DNA from: a virus
Lineage: Duplodnaviria; Heunggongvirae; Uroviricota; Caudoviricetes
DNA length: 64,000 nucleotides
Strand: one strand, 5' to 3'
IMG/VR virus record: IMGVR_UViG_3300005535_000017
Location: 18,331 to 82,330 of that record
The notes below the pieces were generated by a model. It had not been told where the DNA came from, ran no database searches, and worked only from the letters and a program-made list of their open reading frames with translations. Made by a program: the position numbers and the translations under genes. Every line of letters begins with the position of its first letter. The stretch's first letter is position 1. Below, piece by piece: positions 47,926 through 56,806 of the stretch.

Positions 47926-48707
47926 CAGGGCATGTTCCCGGCAAACCCGACGGCCCAGTCCTCGAGCATCTTGTTGACGATGTCCAAGCCCTCGGGGAAG
48001 TTGAAGACCTTGCTGAAGCGAGAGTCGGGGATACCTCGCTGCTCCTGCTCACTGCGGTGCCCTTGCAGCCCGACATTGGAGTTGTCCTGCTTCACTCGAG
48101 AGAGTCGTCTCGTCCTGAGTGAGTAGCCTCCGCGGGCCTCCGACTTGTCGAGCTCGTTGATGAAGCGCTGGTCGGGAATGACGATGCCATTCTTCGGCGT
48201 CCCAGGCTCGATGTTGGTTCGAACTCCAAGATCGGCTTCGTACACGTATCCCTGGGCGAGAAGAGGGAGCTGGACGTCGAACAAATAGTCCACCCACATG
48301 TCCGGGTAGACCTCTCGTCCCCACTCCGTGCCGAGCGTCTGTAGGATGATGCGAGCGGAGATCTTCTCCGGGTACTGCTTCTGAAGCTGGGTGAACCATC
48401 GATGCAGCCCGTCGAACGCTCTGGCGCGAACGTCCGGGCCCAGGCTCTCGGGAACCACTCGAGCGGTGAACTGATGCAGGATGTGCATCTGCGCCCAGGC
48501 CGTGGCCCAAAGTGGCACCGCGTCGAGCGTCTCCTCCCTCTTGCTCGATGGCCCCCAGAGGTTGTCGAAGGGCACGCCGAAGAGCTGGCGGACGAAGCGC
48601 TTCATTGGATCGGCGAAGGCGATCTTCACGAGACCAAGTCGCTGGGCGCACCAGTCGGCGACGTAGTCCTTTCCGTTGTCAGCTTCGCCGTTGACGGTCA
48701 AGAGCAT
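47925..48707 (-). CDS. Deoxynucleoside monophosphate kinase (T4 gp1-like)
   Basis: GEADNGKD, IAFADPMK, RIILQTLGTEWGR, IPDQRFINE. Confidence 0.85.
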   Translation of the reverse strand: MLLTVNGEADNGKDYVADWCAQRLGLVKIAFADPMKRFVRQLFGVPFDNLWGPSSKREETLDAVPLWATAWAQMHILHQFTARVVPESLGPDVRARAFDGLHRWFTQLQKQYPEKISARIILQTLGTEWGREVYPDMWVDYLFDVQLPLLAQGYVYEADLGVRTNIEPGTPKNGIVIPDQRFINELDKSEARGGYSLRTRRLSRVKQDNSNVGLQGHRSEQEQRGIPDSRFSKVFNFPEGLDIVNKMLEDWAVGFAGNMP

Positions 48708-48716
48708 GGTCTTCTC

Positions 48717-49319
48717 CTAGGGGCGATGAAAGAGCGGGCCACTGACGTTGCCCACAGTAGTCTGGCGCTTCTGCCGCTCGATGTCTTGCTGACGCTGGCT
48801 GATGCGGCGAGAGACGGCCGAGTAGCTCTGTTCCGCTGTCTCGGCGATTGCTTTCACGTGGCGATAGTACGTCTCGTGATAGATGGCCTCTGCCTGCGCT
48901 TCGACGTAGCGCCGGTCGATGAGCACCATCGCCTTTCGCTCCGGCTCCGGTCTCTTCTTCTCACCATCCTTCTTGTGAATCATGAGGAGGTGCGCGTTGA
49001 CGAACTCGAGCTTCTCGTTCGCGATCCGCATCGAAGAGTGTGCCTCAGCGAGCTGCTGCTGGACGTAGTCCATCCAGCCAGAGAGCAAACCGAGATAGTA
49101 GCCGAGCCAATCGTCATTGAGGGCCGTCAGGTCAGTTGGGATCCTGCCATTGAACGGCACCGTCTGACCAGTGGCTTGGTCTTGGACTTGGGGTGGGTTC
49201 GGGGCGCCACCAAAGCCCTTCTGCAGCAGCATGGTCTGGACCTTCATGGGCACCGCGTTGAACATCCTCGACGCCTCCTCGAAGGAGATGTCGGTTTGGA
49301 GATTCTGAAATCCTTGCAC
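48717..49319 (-). CDS. Long helical protein, possibly a UvsY-like recombination mediator
   Basis: Extended coiled coil with DRRYVEA...SRRIS; sits in the RecA module. Confidence 0.4.
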   Translation of the reverse strand: MQGFQNLQTDISFEEASRMFNAVPMKVQTMLLQKGFGGAPNPPQVQDQATGQTVPFNGRIPTDLTALNDDWLGYYLGLLSGWMDYVQQQLAEAHSSMRIANEKLEFVNAHLLMIHKKDGEKKRPEPERKAMVLIDRRYVEAQAEAIYHETYYRHVKAIAETAEQSYSAVSRRISQRQQDIERQKRQTTVGNVSGPLFHRP

Positions 49320-49320
49320 G

Positions 49321-50220
49321 TTATCTCCTCAGGTTGGGGCCGCAGAGCTTGAGGTAGCCGCACTCCCTGCACTCGCTCGTGTTGTTCACTGCCGAGGTGA
49401 TCTCCCAAGGAGGGAGCTGGTCGTTCTCGATGTAGTACTTCACCGTCTGCAGTTTCTGCTCGATCTGCTGCCAGAGGGCGAAGTCGAAGGGAACGGGGTA
49501 GTCGATCTGAGCGCAGGTGTCTTTGTTCAGGTAGAGATAGACGACGAGCGGGACGTCGAAGACGGCCGCATAAATCATCGCCTGCCACTTGTGCTCCGGC
49601 TTCGGCCTCTTCAGGTTCGTGTAGCCGTTGGAGTTGATGGTCTTGTACTCGTGGACCATTCGCACCGCAACATCACCAAGCGTAGGAACAGCCGGGATGA
49701 CGTAGCGGTCGATGATGGCGTCAGCCGAGCCCCGAATCCAGAGATTGTTGGCGACTGGGAGGATCGGCCGACCTTGTTCGTCGAGCGCGTCGGGATCGAT
49801 GGGCACTTCATCATGGTAGTGCTCTCTCGGCCCCCAGGCCCCGGACTTGCCGTAACTCTGGATGGTGTGGTGCCAGGCGTGCCCGAGATCGAAGATGCGG
49901 CGAACGCGCGGGTCGACGTTGTCCTCCGCATAGGGCGCATAGCCGGCGCAGTCGAACCAGAGCTTCTTGATGCACTTGTTCACCTGCGACGGGTGAATGT
50001 CGGAATCGTTGCGAGGCGTGTGGAGAACCCAGCCGGGATACTCGCCGTCGCTGCAGCCTTTGCACTGCTTCCACTCCGGTTGGATGAGCGTTGGCCTCTT
50101 CGTGTTGAGGCTGTCGAGCCAGCGGTCGAGCCGATCTCTGACTCGCAGGGCCTTCAAGATCTCCTCCCGCTGCTGCACGGGGAGAGACATGAAGTCCCTG
50201 ATGGTCATGATCTCAAGCAT
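49321..50220 (-). CDS. Cas4-like / PD-(D/E)xK exonuclease (stand-alone)
   Basis: HPSQVNKC, GHAWH, GSADAI, HEYKT, WQAMIY, C-terminal CRECGYLKLC Fe-S staple. Confidence 0.8.
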   Translation of the reverse strand: MLEIMTIRDFMSLPVQQREEILKALRVRDRLDRWLDSLNTKRPTLIQPEWKQCKGCSDGEYPGWVLHTPRNDSDIHPSQVNKCIKKLWFDCAGYAPYAEDNVDPRVRRIFDLGHAWHHTIQSYGKSGAWGPREHYHDEVPIDPDALDEQGRPILPVANNLWIRGSADAIIDRYVIPAVPTLGDVAVRMVHEYKTINSNGYTNLKRPKPEHKWQAMIYAAVFDVPLVVYLYLNKDTCAQIDYPVPFDFALWQQIEQKLQTVKYYIENDQLPPWEITSAVNNTSECRECGYLKLCGPNLRR

Positions 50221-50737
50221 TGGCCCCCTCCAACGTCTTCAGGTAGTCCTTCCAGTAATGCAGACAAAACCACCTATGGTGCGTTGAGCCGTCGATCTGT
50301 CGTTTGGAGAAGACGATGTATATGTTCTTCTTCATGAGCTTGAGGATCGTGCGGTCTCGGTCGATGGTTGTCCGAGCCGAAAATGTCTGTAGATCGGCGG
50401 CTTGTTGGAACGTGAGCTGCGTCTTAGTGTCGGCCATTGGATAGATGGCAAACTCAGCGACTGGGCGATTGGCGCGATCGACGAAGCAGAGCTGGAGGAC
50501 TGCATTGTCCAGCCCTGCCTCGCCGATGATCTTGTCCAGGTCCGATAGCTTGAGGATGTACGAGCTCTTGGCGGTGTACTTCGCCTCGGCTCGCACCACG
50601 CCAAACTTCCGCACGTCGCCCTTCGCCCCAGGGAGAGCGCCGGATGCTGGCTGAGCTCGACCACCGAGATCTTCGGCCATCCTCTCTTCTTGCTTCCTGC
50701 TGACTCTCTTCTGTCGCTTCGACGTGCGGGCGTCCAT
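50213..50737 (-). CDS. Hjc-like PD-(D/E)xK endonuclease / Holliday junction resolvase
   Basis: Start ATG 50737; QEERMA...QPASGA...KGDV...EAKYT. Confidence 0.7.
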   Translation of the reverse strand: MDARTSKRQKRVSRKQEERMAEDLGGRAQPASGALPGAKGDVRKFGVVRAEAKYTAKSSYILKLSDLDKIIGEAGLDNAVLQLCFVDRANRPVAEFAIYPMADTKTQLTFQQAADLQTFSARTTIDRDRTILKLMKKNIYIVFSKRQIDGSTHHRWFCLHYWKDYLKTLEGANA

Positions 50738-50907
50738 CAATGCACCTTCACTATGTAGCCGGACTCTTTGAGGATGATGAACATGTTCCCCACGAAGAGT
50801 GCGCAGCAGATGAACTTCATGCTGATGTTCAAGAGCGTATCCGCCTTGAAGAACAGGCCCATGAAGAGAAAGAAGAGCGCGTTCAGACAAAGCACTAGTG
50901 CCATCAT
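50737..50907 (-). CDS. Small two-TM membrane protein (56 aa)
   Basis: Manual translation MMALVLCLNALFFLFMGLFFKADTLLNISMKFICCALFVGNMFIILKESGYIVKVH; coupled to neighbours at both ends. Confidence 0.7.
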   Translation of the reverse strand: MMALVLCLNALFFLFMGLFFKADTLLNISMKFICCALFVGNMFIILKESGYIVKVH

Positions 50908-51125
50908 CCCTTTTCCATCCGCGTCATGATTTGGCTATTCGAGAGGCAGAAGGCTTCGACGTACTTGTTGAGGTACTCGTTCGCCTGCGCCTCGGAGTCG
51001 AATGGCCCGTGCTCGTATGCCCAAGTCTCGTCGAAGAACCACCACGTGCCGTCCTCATGCTTGTGGACGGGATCCTTTGGATCGCTGTGGTCCTTCTGCC
51101 AAGTGGTGTCTTCGCAGAACGACAT
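50904..51125 (-). CDS. Hypothetical protein (73 aa)
   Basis: AGGAGG RBS; WWFFDETW...GPF.SEAQA. Confidence 0.7.
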   Translation of the reverse strand: MSFCEDTTWQKDHSDPKDPVHKHEDGTWWFFDETWAYEHGPFDSEAQANEYLNKYVEAFCLSNSQIMTRMEKG

Positions 51126-51133
51126 GCTTCCTC

Positions 51134-52420
51134 CTAGAACGTCTCCTTCGTGATGAAATTGAGACCGACCTTGGCGAAGATCGCCTGCCGGACCGCCTCC
51201 AACAGCGTCGGATTGGTCATGAACGCAGCGGCTGCGTTGTCTTGGCCATTGCAGATGGCGGTACCTTGGAAGCCGTACCAGGCACCGCTAGCCTCGATGA
51301 CCCCCGTCTTGACGCCGCACATCAGGAGGTTGTGGTAGACGTCTGCGCCGAAGCCGTAGCCATTCTCGCCGTAGTAGAAGCGGTACTCGCCCTCTCCTCC
51401 GTCGTGGCAGCCAGCCTTGCCCTTGAGGACGCTCCAGTTGATGACCTTGCCGTGGATGATCTCGTTGGGGTACTTCCCCTCCTTGATCTTCGCCCCCTTC
51501 TTCAGGAGCACGTCGACCAGCTTGCCGTGTTTGAGGGCGCGACCACCGGCGATTTGAAGAGGGTTGGCGTACGGACCTGAAGCCTTGAGGTTCTCGCGAT
51601 ACTGGTTGATGCCGAGAACAGTCGTGGTGTTCGGGCGCCCATACTGGTCAGGCAGGTTGAGAGCGGCGTGGAGTCGATGCATGAACGACGTGATGACGCC
51701 CGACGCACCGCCGTAGTGCCGATCTTCGAGACCACCCTCGGCCTCTGCCTCGGCTGCCGTGAGAAGCGCACCGAAAGAGTCGATGAGGACAATCTGGAAG
51801 AGGTTCGATTCCACCTGCTGGACGGCTGCCTCCAAGAGCTGCTCTGCCGTCTGAAAGATGGATTCCTGGAAGTGGCCCTTCTGGAACCGGAGCCAGTCCA
51901 GGGTTTGCTGGTCGAGCGGAGGTAGCCCGTGTCGAGCGCGAGACTGCTCGATGATGTCGATCTCCATCTTCGACATCGCGATGTGCATGCCGCACTTCCA
52001 CTTCGCGAAGGCCTTGTCGTACTTCTGCTCGGTCATGCAGACGGAGATTGCGGCATCGTCTCCGTAGGTGTTCTGCGCTTCAGCTATGGTCCTATTCGCC
52101 AGGTAGGACTTTCCCGAGTTGTCCTCACCGATGATTTGAGATAGACCGCCGGCGGGCCAACCCCCACCGATGGAGATGTCCAGGTCGATGATGCCAGTGG
52201 GGCGGCGCAGGCCAAAGACGTTGGAGATCTCGTCGCCGCAGAGAACGGCACCCTTCCCCTCGAAGGCCTTGTTGAGGGTCGCCTGCAAGAGAAGGATGCG
52301 CTCCTTGCGGGATAGCGGCACATTCTTCGGAGCCTTCGGCTTGAGCGGAGCTTTGGCTCTCGCCTCCTCCTTCTCTTCCTTCTTCTCCTTCTTGGCTTTC
52401 TCTTTGGCTGCGGACGCCAT
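51134..52420 (-). CDS. recA: RecA/UvsX-family recombinase
   Basis: PTGIIDLDISIGGGWPAG, Walker A GEDNSGKS, Walker B VLIDS, INQYR, GGRALKH, ASGAWY; TAATG start at 52420. Confidence 0.92.
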   Translation of the reverse strand: MASAAKEKAKKEKKEEKEEARAKAPLKPKAPKNVPLSRKERILLLQATLNKAFEGKGAVLCGDEISNVFGLRRPTGIIDLDISIGGGWPAGGLSQIIGEDNSGKSYLANRTIAEAQNTYGDDAAISVCMTEQKYDKAFAKWKCGMHIAMSKMEIDIIEQSRARHGLPPLDQQTLDWLRFQKGHFQESIFQTAEQLLEAAVQQVESNLFQIVLIDSFGALLTAAEAEAEGGLEDRHYGGASGVITSFMHRLHAALNLPDQYGRPNTTTVLGINQYRENLKASGPYANPLQIAGGRALKHGKLVDVLLKKGAKIKEGKYPNEIIHGKVINWSVLKGKAGCHDGGEGEYRFYYGENGYGFGADVYHNLLMCGVKTGVIEASGAWYGFQGTAICNGQDNAAAAFMTNPTLLEAVRQAIFAKVGLNFITKETF

Positions 52421-52584
52421 TACGCCACCTGGTCTCCGCCCTCGAATGGGGCGGTGCCGTGAGTTGGGCACTTCGGGGTGGGAGAGTTGGGATCGAGATC
52501 GGCGCCGCAGATGGGGCACTTGCTCCCTTCCGCTGCCGTCTTCTCTCCGTCGTTCTTGCTAGTATCGACGCCGTACTTGTCCAT
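52420..52584 (-). CDS. Small zinc-finger protein (54 aa)
   Basis: Manual translation MDKYGVDTSKNDGEKTAAEGSKCPICG...KCPTHGTAPFE; GGAGGA RBS. Confidence 0.75.
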   Translation of the reverse strand: MDKYGVDTSKNDGEKTAAEGSKCPICGADLDPNSPTPKCPTHGTAPFEGGDQVA

Positions 52585-52595
52585 TCTATCCTCCT

Positions 52596-52808
52596 TCAGT
52601 CGGCCGGACTCGACTTCGCTTCCACGGTGACGGTGAGGAAGTCCGAGATCTTCACGTCTTTCAAGAGCCGCACTTCGCAGTGAAGCTTCAGCTCACCCTC
52701 GATGAGCCTTCCGGCAGCATCGCGCCCTTCGACTTCGAGGGTGATGGCAGTCTTGCCACCCTTGCTGTTCTCCAGGGCCGTGAGCCGGCCCGTCATCTCG
52801 CACTTCAT
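52596..52808 (-). CDS. Hypothetical protein (small beta-barrel-like)
   Basis: AGGAG RBS; operon packing. Confidence 0.65.
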   Translation of the reverse strand: MKCEMTGRLTALENSKGGKTAITLEVEGRDAAGRLIEGELKLHCEVRLLKDVKISDFLTVTVEAKSSPAD

Positions 52809-52816
52809 GTCGTCTC

Positions 52817-54847
52817 CTACTTCGCGTCGACCCAGGTGTAGCCTGAGCCCGCGGCGGCGGTGAGTCGGACCGAGAGTTCGAAGTCCGGTCCAAACGGATG
52901 CTCCATGATGTCCTGCACGCGCTTCTTGCAGGTGTTGACCTTCTCCGGGTCATCCTCGACTTCGAAGATGAGTTCGTCGTGAATCTGCAGCAGCAGTTTG
53001 GCGCCGATGCTGTTGAGGACTGGGTCGTACTCGGAGACGATCATCGCCTGCTTCGCGATGTCGGCAGCGGTGCCCTGGATGATGGTGTTGACCGCTTGCC
53101 GCCGCGCTTCAGCAGCGATACCGCCGCCATCCTCACCGTCGACGCCGCCACCTCCCTTAGCGTTAATGCCAGGCAGCCGGCGGAAACGACCCATGAGCGT
53201 CTGGACATACTCAGTCTCCATGCACCGCTGGTGGGTGCCGTCGATGAAGGCCTTGGCGCCGGGGAACGCCATGAAGTACTTGTTGATGAGATCTTTGGCC
53301 TTCTTGATGTTCTCCTTCAGCTCGGCCTCGTTCCGTGGAGGCTGGAAGACCTTCGCGTCGACGAGCTGAGAGGCGAGCTTCATCGGACCGATGCCGTAGA
53401 TGAGACCGAAGCCGGTGTTCTTGGCGGCCTGGCGGAGAAGGAGGAGATGCTTCTGACGATCCGTCAGCGTCATCTTCTTCTCTTTGCAGTGCTTCGCCTC
53501 GGCGACTTCCTCATAGTTCTCCCCGTACATCAGGGCCACCGTGTAGCAGTGGAGATCCTTGCCCGAGCGGATGGCGCCAATCATCTCCGGGTCCTGGGAG
53601 AAGTGGGCCATCAGCTTCATCTCGAGCTGGTCGTAGTCGGCGATGACCAGCACGCAGCCGAGAGCGGCGCAGAAGGCAGCGCGGATCTTGAACTTGTCTT
53701 CGTCAGGGCGGGGGATGTTCTGCAGGTTCGGTTCGACCGAGGAGAGTCGGCCGGAGACCGTCACGTGCTGGTTCAGGGTCGTATGGATGCGGAAGAACCG
53801 ATCGACCCAGTCCTGAAGGCCGTCGACGTAGGTGCTCTTAGCCTTCGCAATTTCACGCTGCTTGATCATCAGCGAGGACACCTTGCACTGCTTGGTGTCC
53901 TTGAAGTGGATGAGCGTGTCGGCATCGGTGGAGGGTTGCTTGATGCCGGAGGCTCCACCGTCGGTGTATCGGTGAGGCTCGTACCCCATTTGCTCGAAGA
54001 AGTACTTTCGAAGCTGAACCGCGGAGTTGGGGTTGATGGGCCAGCCAACGTGGCGGACGATCTCCTTCTCGAGCTCGTGCAGGTCATGGTCCATCGGCGC
54101 GGACTGAGCACGCAGGTGGCCGATGCAGGTGGTGATGCCTCGGCGCTCCATGTTGAAGAGCACGCGAGTGAAGGGGATCTCGGTGTCGCAGAAGTGCTGC
54201 CAGAGAGAGCGATCGGGGAACATCATGATGGCGCTGAGCTGCTCTCTCAGCCACATCTTGACTCGTACAGAGCCCCAAGCGTCCAAGCCGGCGTACTCGA
54301 TGCCGCGAAGACTCTCCACCGGGTCAGCCATCACTCGCATGATGGCGTCGCCGGCAGTTTCACCTGGCACCTTCTTGGTCGCCTTCCTCATCGGGAAGAC
54401 TTCCTTGAAGTCCTTCATGACGAGACCGCAGTGGTCCTTGGCTGTCTCTTTCAAGCCGTGTCGACCAGTGCGGTTCTCATCATAGAGCCAGTCCATGACG
54501 AGTGTGTCTTCCAGGTTGCCTTCGATGTGGATTCCGATGTTCGCGCACATGTGCATGTCGAACTTGATCTTTGTGCCGACCTTCGGAATCTCTGGGTTGC
54601 GGAGTACACCTTCGTGAAGCCAGTTCCAGCGAAAGAGGTTCTGAATCCAGAACGCGAATCGGCGGTTTCCGTCCGAGAGTGACATCAGGAGCGGCACGTC
54701 CTTGACGAGGTTCGTGCCCGTGGTCTCGGTATCGGTCCCCAGCCCATTCACTCGAGCGTGTTGCTGAAGGTACTCAGCCGCTTCTTGGGCCTGTGCGTCA
54801 GTCTCGATCCACTCAGCCTTCGGGATGAGATTCCACGTGCCGCTCAT
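52817..54847 (-). CDS. polA: DNA polymerase family A with 3'-5' exonuclease domain
   Basis: Exo I DTET, exo II KFDMH, exo III YAGLDA; SGRLSSVEPNLQNIP, motif A DYDQLE, motif B RQAAKNTGFGLIYG, motif C QIHDEL. Confidence 0.95.
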   Translation of the reverse strand: MSGTWNLIPKAEWIETDAQAQEAAEYLQQHARVNGLGTDTETTGTNLVKDVPLLMSLSDGNRRFAFWIQNLFRWNWLHEGVLRNPEIPKVGTKIKFDMHMCANIGIHIEGNLEDTLVMDWLYDENRTGRHGLKETAKDHCGLVMKDFKEVFPMRKATKKVPGETAGDAIMRVMADPVESLRGIEYAGLDAWGSVRVKMWLREQLSAIMMFPDRSLWQHFCDTEIPFTRVLFNMERRGITTCIGHLRAQSAPMDHDLHELEKEIVRHVGWPINPNSAVQLRKYFFEQMGYEPHRYTDGGASGIKQPSTDADTLIHFKDTKQCKVSSLMIKQREIAKAKSTYVDGLQDWVDRFFRIHTTLNQHVTVSGRLSSVEPNLQNIPRPDEDKFKIRAAFCAALGCVLVIADYDQLEMKLMAHFSQDPEMIGAIRSGKDLHCYTVALMYGENYEEVAEAKHCKEKKMTLTDRQKHLLLLRQAAKNTGFGLIYGIGPMKLASQLVDAKVFQPPRNEAELKENIKKAKDLINKYFMAFPGAKAFIDGTHQRCMETEYVQTLMGRFRRLPGINAKGGGGVDGEDGGGIAAEARRQAVNTIIQGTAADIAKQAMIVSEYDPVLNSIGAKLLLQIHDELIFEVEDDPEKVNTCKKRVQDIMEHPFGPDFELSVRLTAAAGSGYTWVDAK

Positions 54848-54850
54848 GGC

Positions 54851-55222
54851 TCAGCGCTTGTTCCAGGGCTTGAAGTCCTTGAGCTCCTCGACGCTGGGAA
54901 AGATGCCTTCGAACCGCCAGGCACGATCGTCGAGATAAACGAAAGCGATCGGCTTCGTGGAGGAGAACTCCAGCTTGGTGTAGACCTCCGCTGGGCAGCC
55001 GTGCTCCACGAACCACGCCTTCATCGCCTCGATGCCGGCCGGTTCGGAAGAGCGAGCGGAGTAGATGCAAACGTTGAAGTGCTCGACATACTGGGCGAGT
55101 GCGTCCCATGCATTGGGATGCGGCTTGTCCGAGACAACGTGAATCCCAGTCCACGGCGATTCGTAGAGATGAACCACGCCGTCGAAGTCGACGCAGAGAG
55201 TCTTCTTGCCATTCCAGGTCAT
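54851..55222 (-). CDS. HAD-superfamily hydrolase
   Basis: LCVDFDGV, IYSAR, KP..FVYLDD. Confidence 0.8.
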   Translation of the reverse strand: MTWNGKKTLCVDFDGVVHLYESPWTGIHVVSDKPHPNAWDALAQYVEHFNVCIYSARSSEPAGIEAMKAWFVEHGCPAEVYTKLEFSSTKPIAFVYLDDRAWRFEGIFPSVEELKDFKPWNKR

Positions 55223-55237
55223 GAGTCACCTATTGTG

Positions 55238-55314
55238 AAAAGAACGCCCCGACTTTCCCCACGCTCGGGGCCACACGTGGCGAGACATCAGGAGGGAAGG
55301 AGAGGACCCTCCTG
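55238..55314 (-). terminator. Tandem hairpins / terminator downstream of the SSB-like gene
   Basis: CAGGAGGG/CCCTCCTG and GCCCCGA/TCGGGGC stems, the latter followed by TCTTTT on the - strand. Confidence 0.6.
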
Positions 55315-55321
55315 TCTTGGG

Positions 55322-56806
55322 CTACTGCTTTCCGAAGTTGGGACGACCGCCGAACGGCATGCCCGGAGGCTGCTGTTGCGGGTACTGCATGTTACCCGCA
55401 CCCGACTGAGCAGGCAGCGGTCCGTTGTTCTGGAACGGCTGCTGTTGCGGAGGCGGGTAGCCCGGCACCGGTGCGCCGTACGGAGGAGGCTGCGGCGCAC
55501 CATACTGCGGCTGCTGAGGAGGCATCTGGCCGCCGTACTGCTGTGGCGGAGGAGCGTACTGACCAGGCGCCACGCCCTGCTGCCCCGGGTAGTTCTGGTA
55601 CTGCTGTTGCTGCTGGGGGGCGAAGGGATTGGGAACCCCGCAAATCCTCGCCTGCTCCTCCAGGTCGATGGGCTTGAACGCGTCGACGAGGTTGATGCCG
55701 CGGACGAGATGCGGCTGCTGGAGGAACTGCTCGAGATCCGTGTTGCCCGTGTGGGTTCGGAAGAACCGGATGGGCGTCGGCGGGGAGATCACGAGCTTGG
55801 TCTGAGTGTCCTGACCTTCCTTGTGAACGAAGAGCACGCAGTCGAAGATCGACATCGGCCGCGGCTCGACGTTCTGAGAGCATCCGCCCTGGGGAACCTT
55901 GTACATGCCGTTGGGATCGAAGCCGCACTCGTAGGCCGGCTTCGCCAGCCCCACGTGGCCGCAAGAACGGCATTGCTGAGGCGTCTCGGCGAACTGCTTG
56001 AGCTGGTCGTTGACGAACCCGGACTGGGCGACGTTGAGGATCTCGTTGCCGCAGCGGGCGCAGTCGAAGGCGACCTTGATGAGGCGCGTCATGCAGTTCG
56101 CGCAGGTCTGCTCGAGGAAGGTATCGACCTTGAACAGCTCTTCGAGATGGTTCTTGCCGAGCTGGAGGAACTTCGGAGCGCCGTAGAGGAGCGGCATGTT
56201 GCGCTGGCAGTGCTCGCACTGTCCGTTGCGGTTGTTCTTCATGCCGTACAGGCGCTCGCTCGGCGTCCCCACCTGGCACTGCTGCAGGACCATCACCGGA
56301 CCGCTGTTGTCCTGCTTCATCCGCATCTGACCGGTCTTCTTGTCGACCAGCGGGATCTCGTGGTAGGGGACGAGGTGCTTGACGTTGAAGGCCCACTGCT
56401 GGCGGCCATTGCCGACGGTCTTGTTGCCAGCGTCATTCTGCTGGCACCCGACGCAGTTCTGAGGAGCGTGCGGGCTGGGGCCGGCGGAGCAAGGAAAGTC
56501 GCCGTACTTCTCCTTGCCGTTCTCGATACGCTTGACCTGGTGCTGGACGAAGTGAAGAGCCTCGGTCTTCGTGCCCTTCCAGTTGCCGTGGTCATCGACG
56601 TCGTAGATGTCGTCGTAGAGCGGCTCGGGGCGGACGAGCACGATCGGCTCGCCGGGGCTCTCGTTGGGCCGGAGCATGCCCTGAAGCTGCGGAGTCAGTT
56701 GGGGGATGCGGAGCTTGTTGAAGAAGCCACCCTTCCCGCCCTTCCCACCCTTGCTGCTGTTCTCGGTGAACTTCTTCGCGCCCTGCCGGAGGCTACCAAT
56801 TCCCAT
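55322..56806 (-). CDS. Putative gp32-like single-stranded DNA-binding protein with zinc ribbons and P/Q-rich tail
   Basis: Between primase and polymerase; H...C...CVGC site, WAFNV, LQLGK, KEGQDTQTK; multiple CxxC. Confidence 0.5.
   Translation of the reverse strand: MGIGSLRQGAKKFTENSSKGGKGGKGGFFNKLRIPQLTPQLQGMLRPNESPGEPIVLVRPEPLYDDIYDVDDHGNWKGTKTEALHFVQHQVKRIENGKEKYGDFPCSAGPSPHAPQNCVGCQQNDAGNKTVGNGRQQWAFNVKHLVPYHEIPLVDKKTGQMRMKQDNSGPVMVLQQCQVGTPSERLYGMKNNRNGQCEHCQRNMPLLYGAPKFLQLGKNHLEELFKVDTFLEQTCANCMTRLIKVAFDCARCGNEILNVAQSGFVNDQLKQFAETPQQCRSCGHVGLAKPAYECGFDPNGMYKVPQGGCSQNVEPRPMSIFDCVLFVHKEGQDTQTKLVISPPTPIRFFRTHTGNTDLEQFLQQPHLVRGINLVDAFKPIDLEEQARICGVPNPFAPQQQQQYQNYPGQQGVAPGQYAPPPQQYGGQMPPQQPQYGAPQPPPYGAPVPGYPPPQQQPFQNNGPLPAQSGAGNMQYPQQQPPGMPFGGRPNFGKQ

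Noticed and set aside
49321-50220. CRISPR-Cas system suggested by the Cas4-like gene
   Set aside because: No cas1/cas2, no effector and no repeat-spacer array seen in the window
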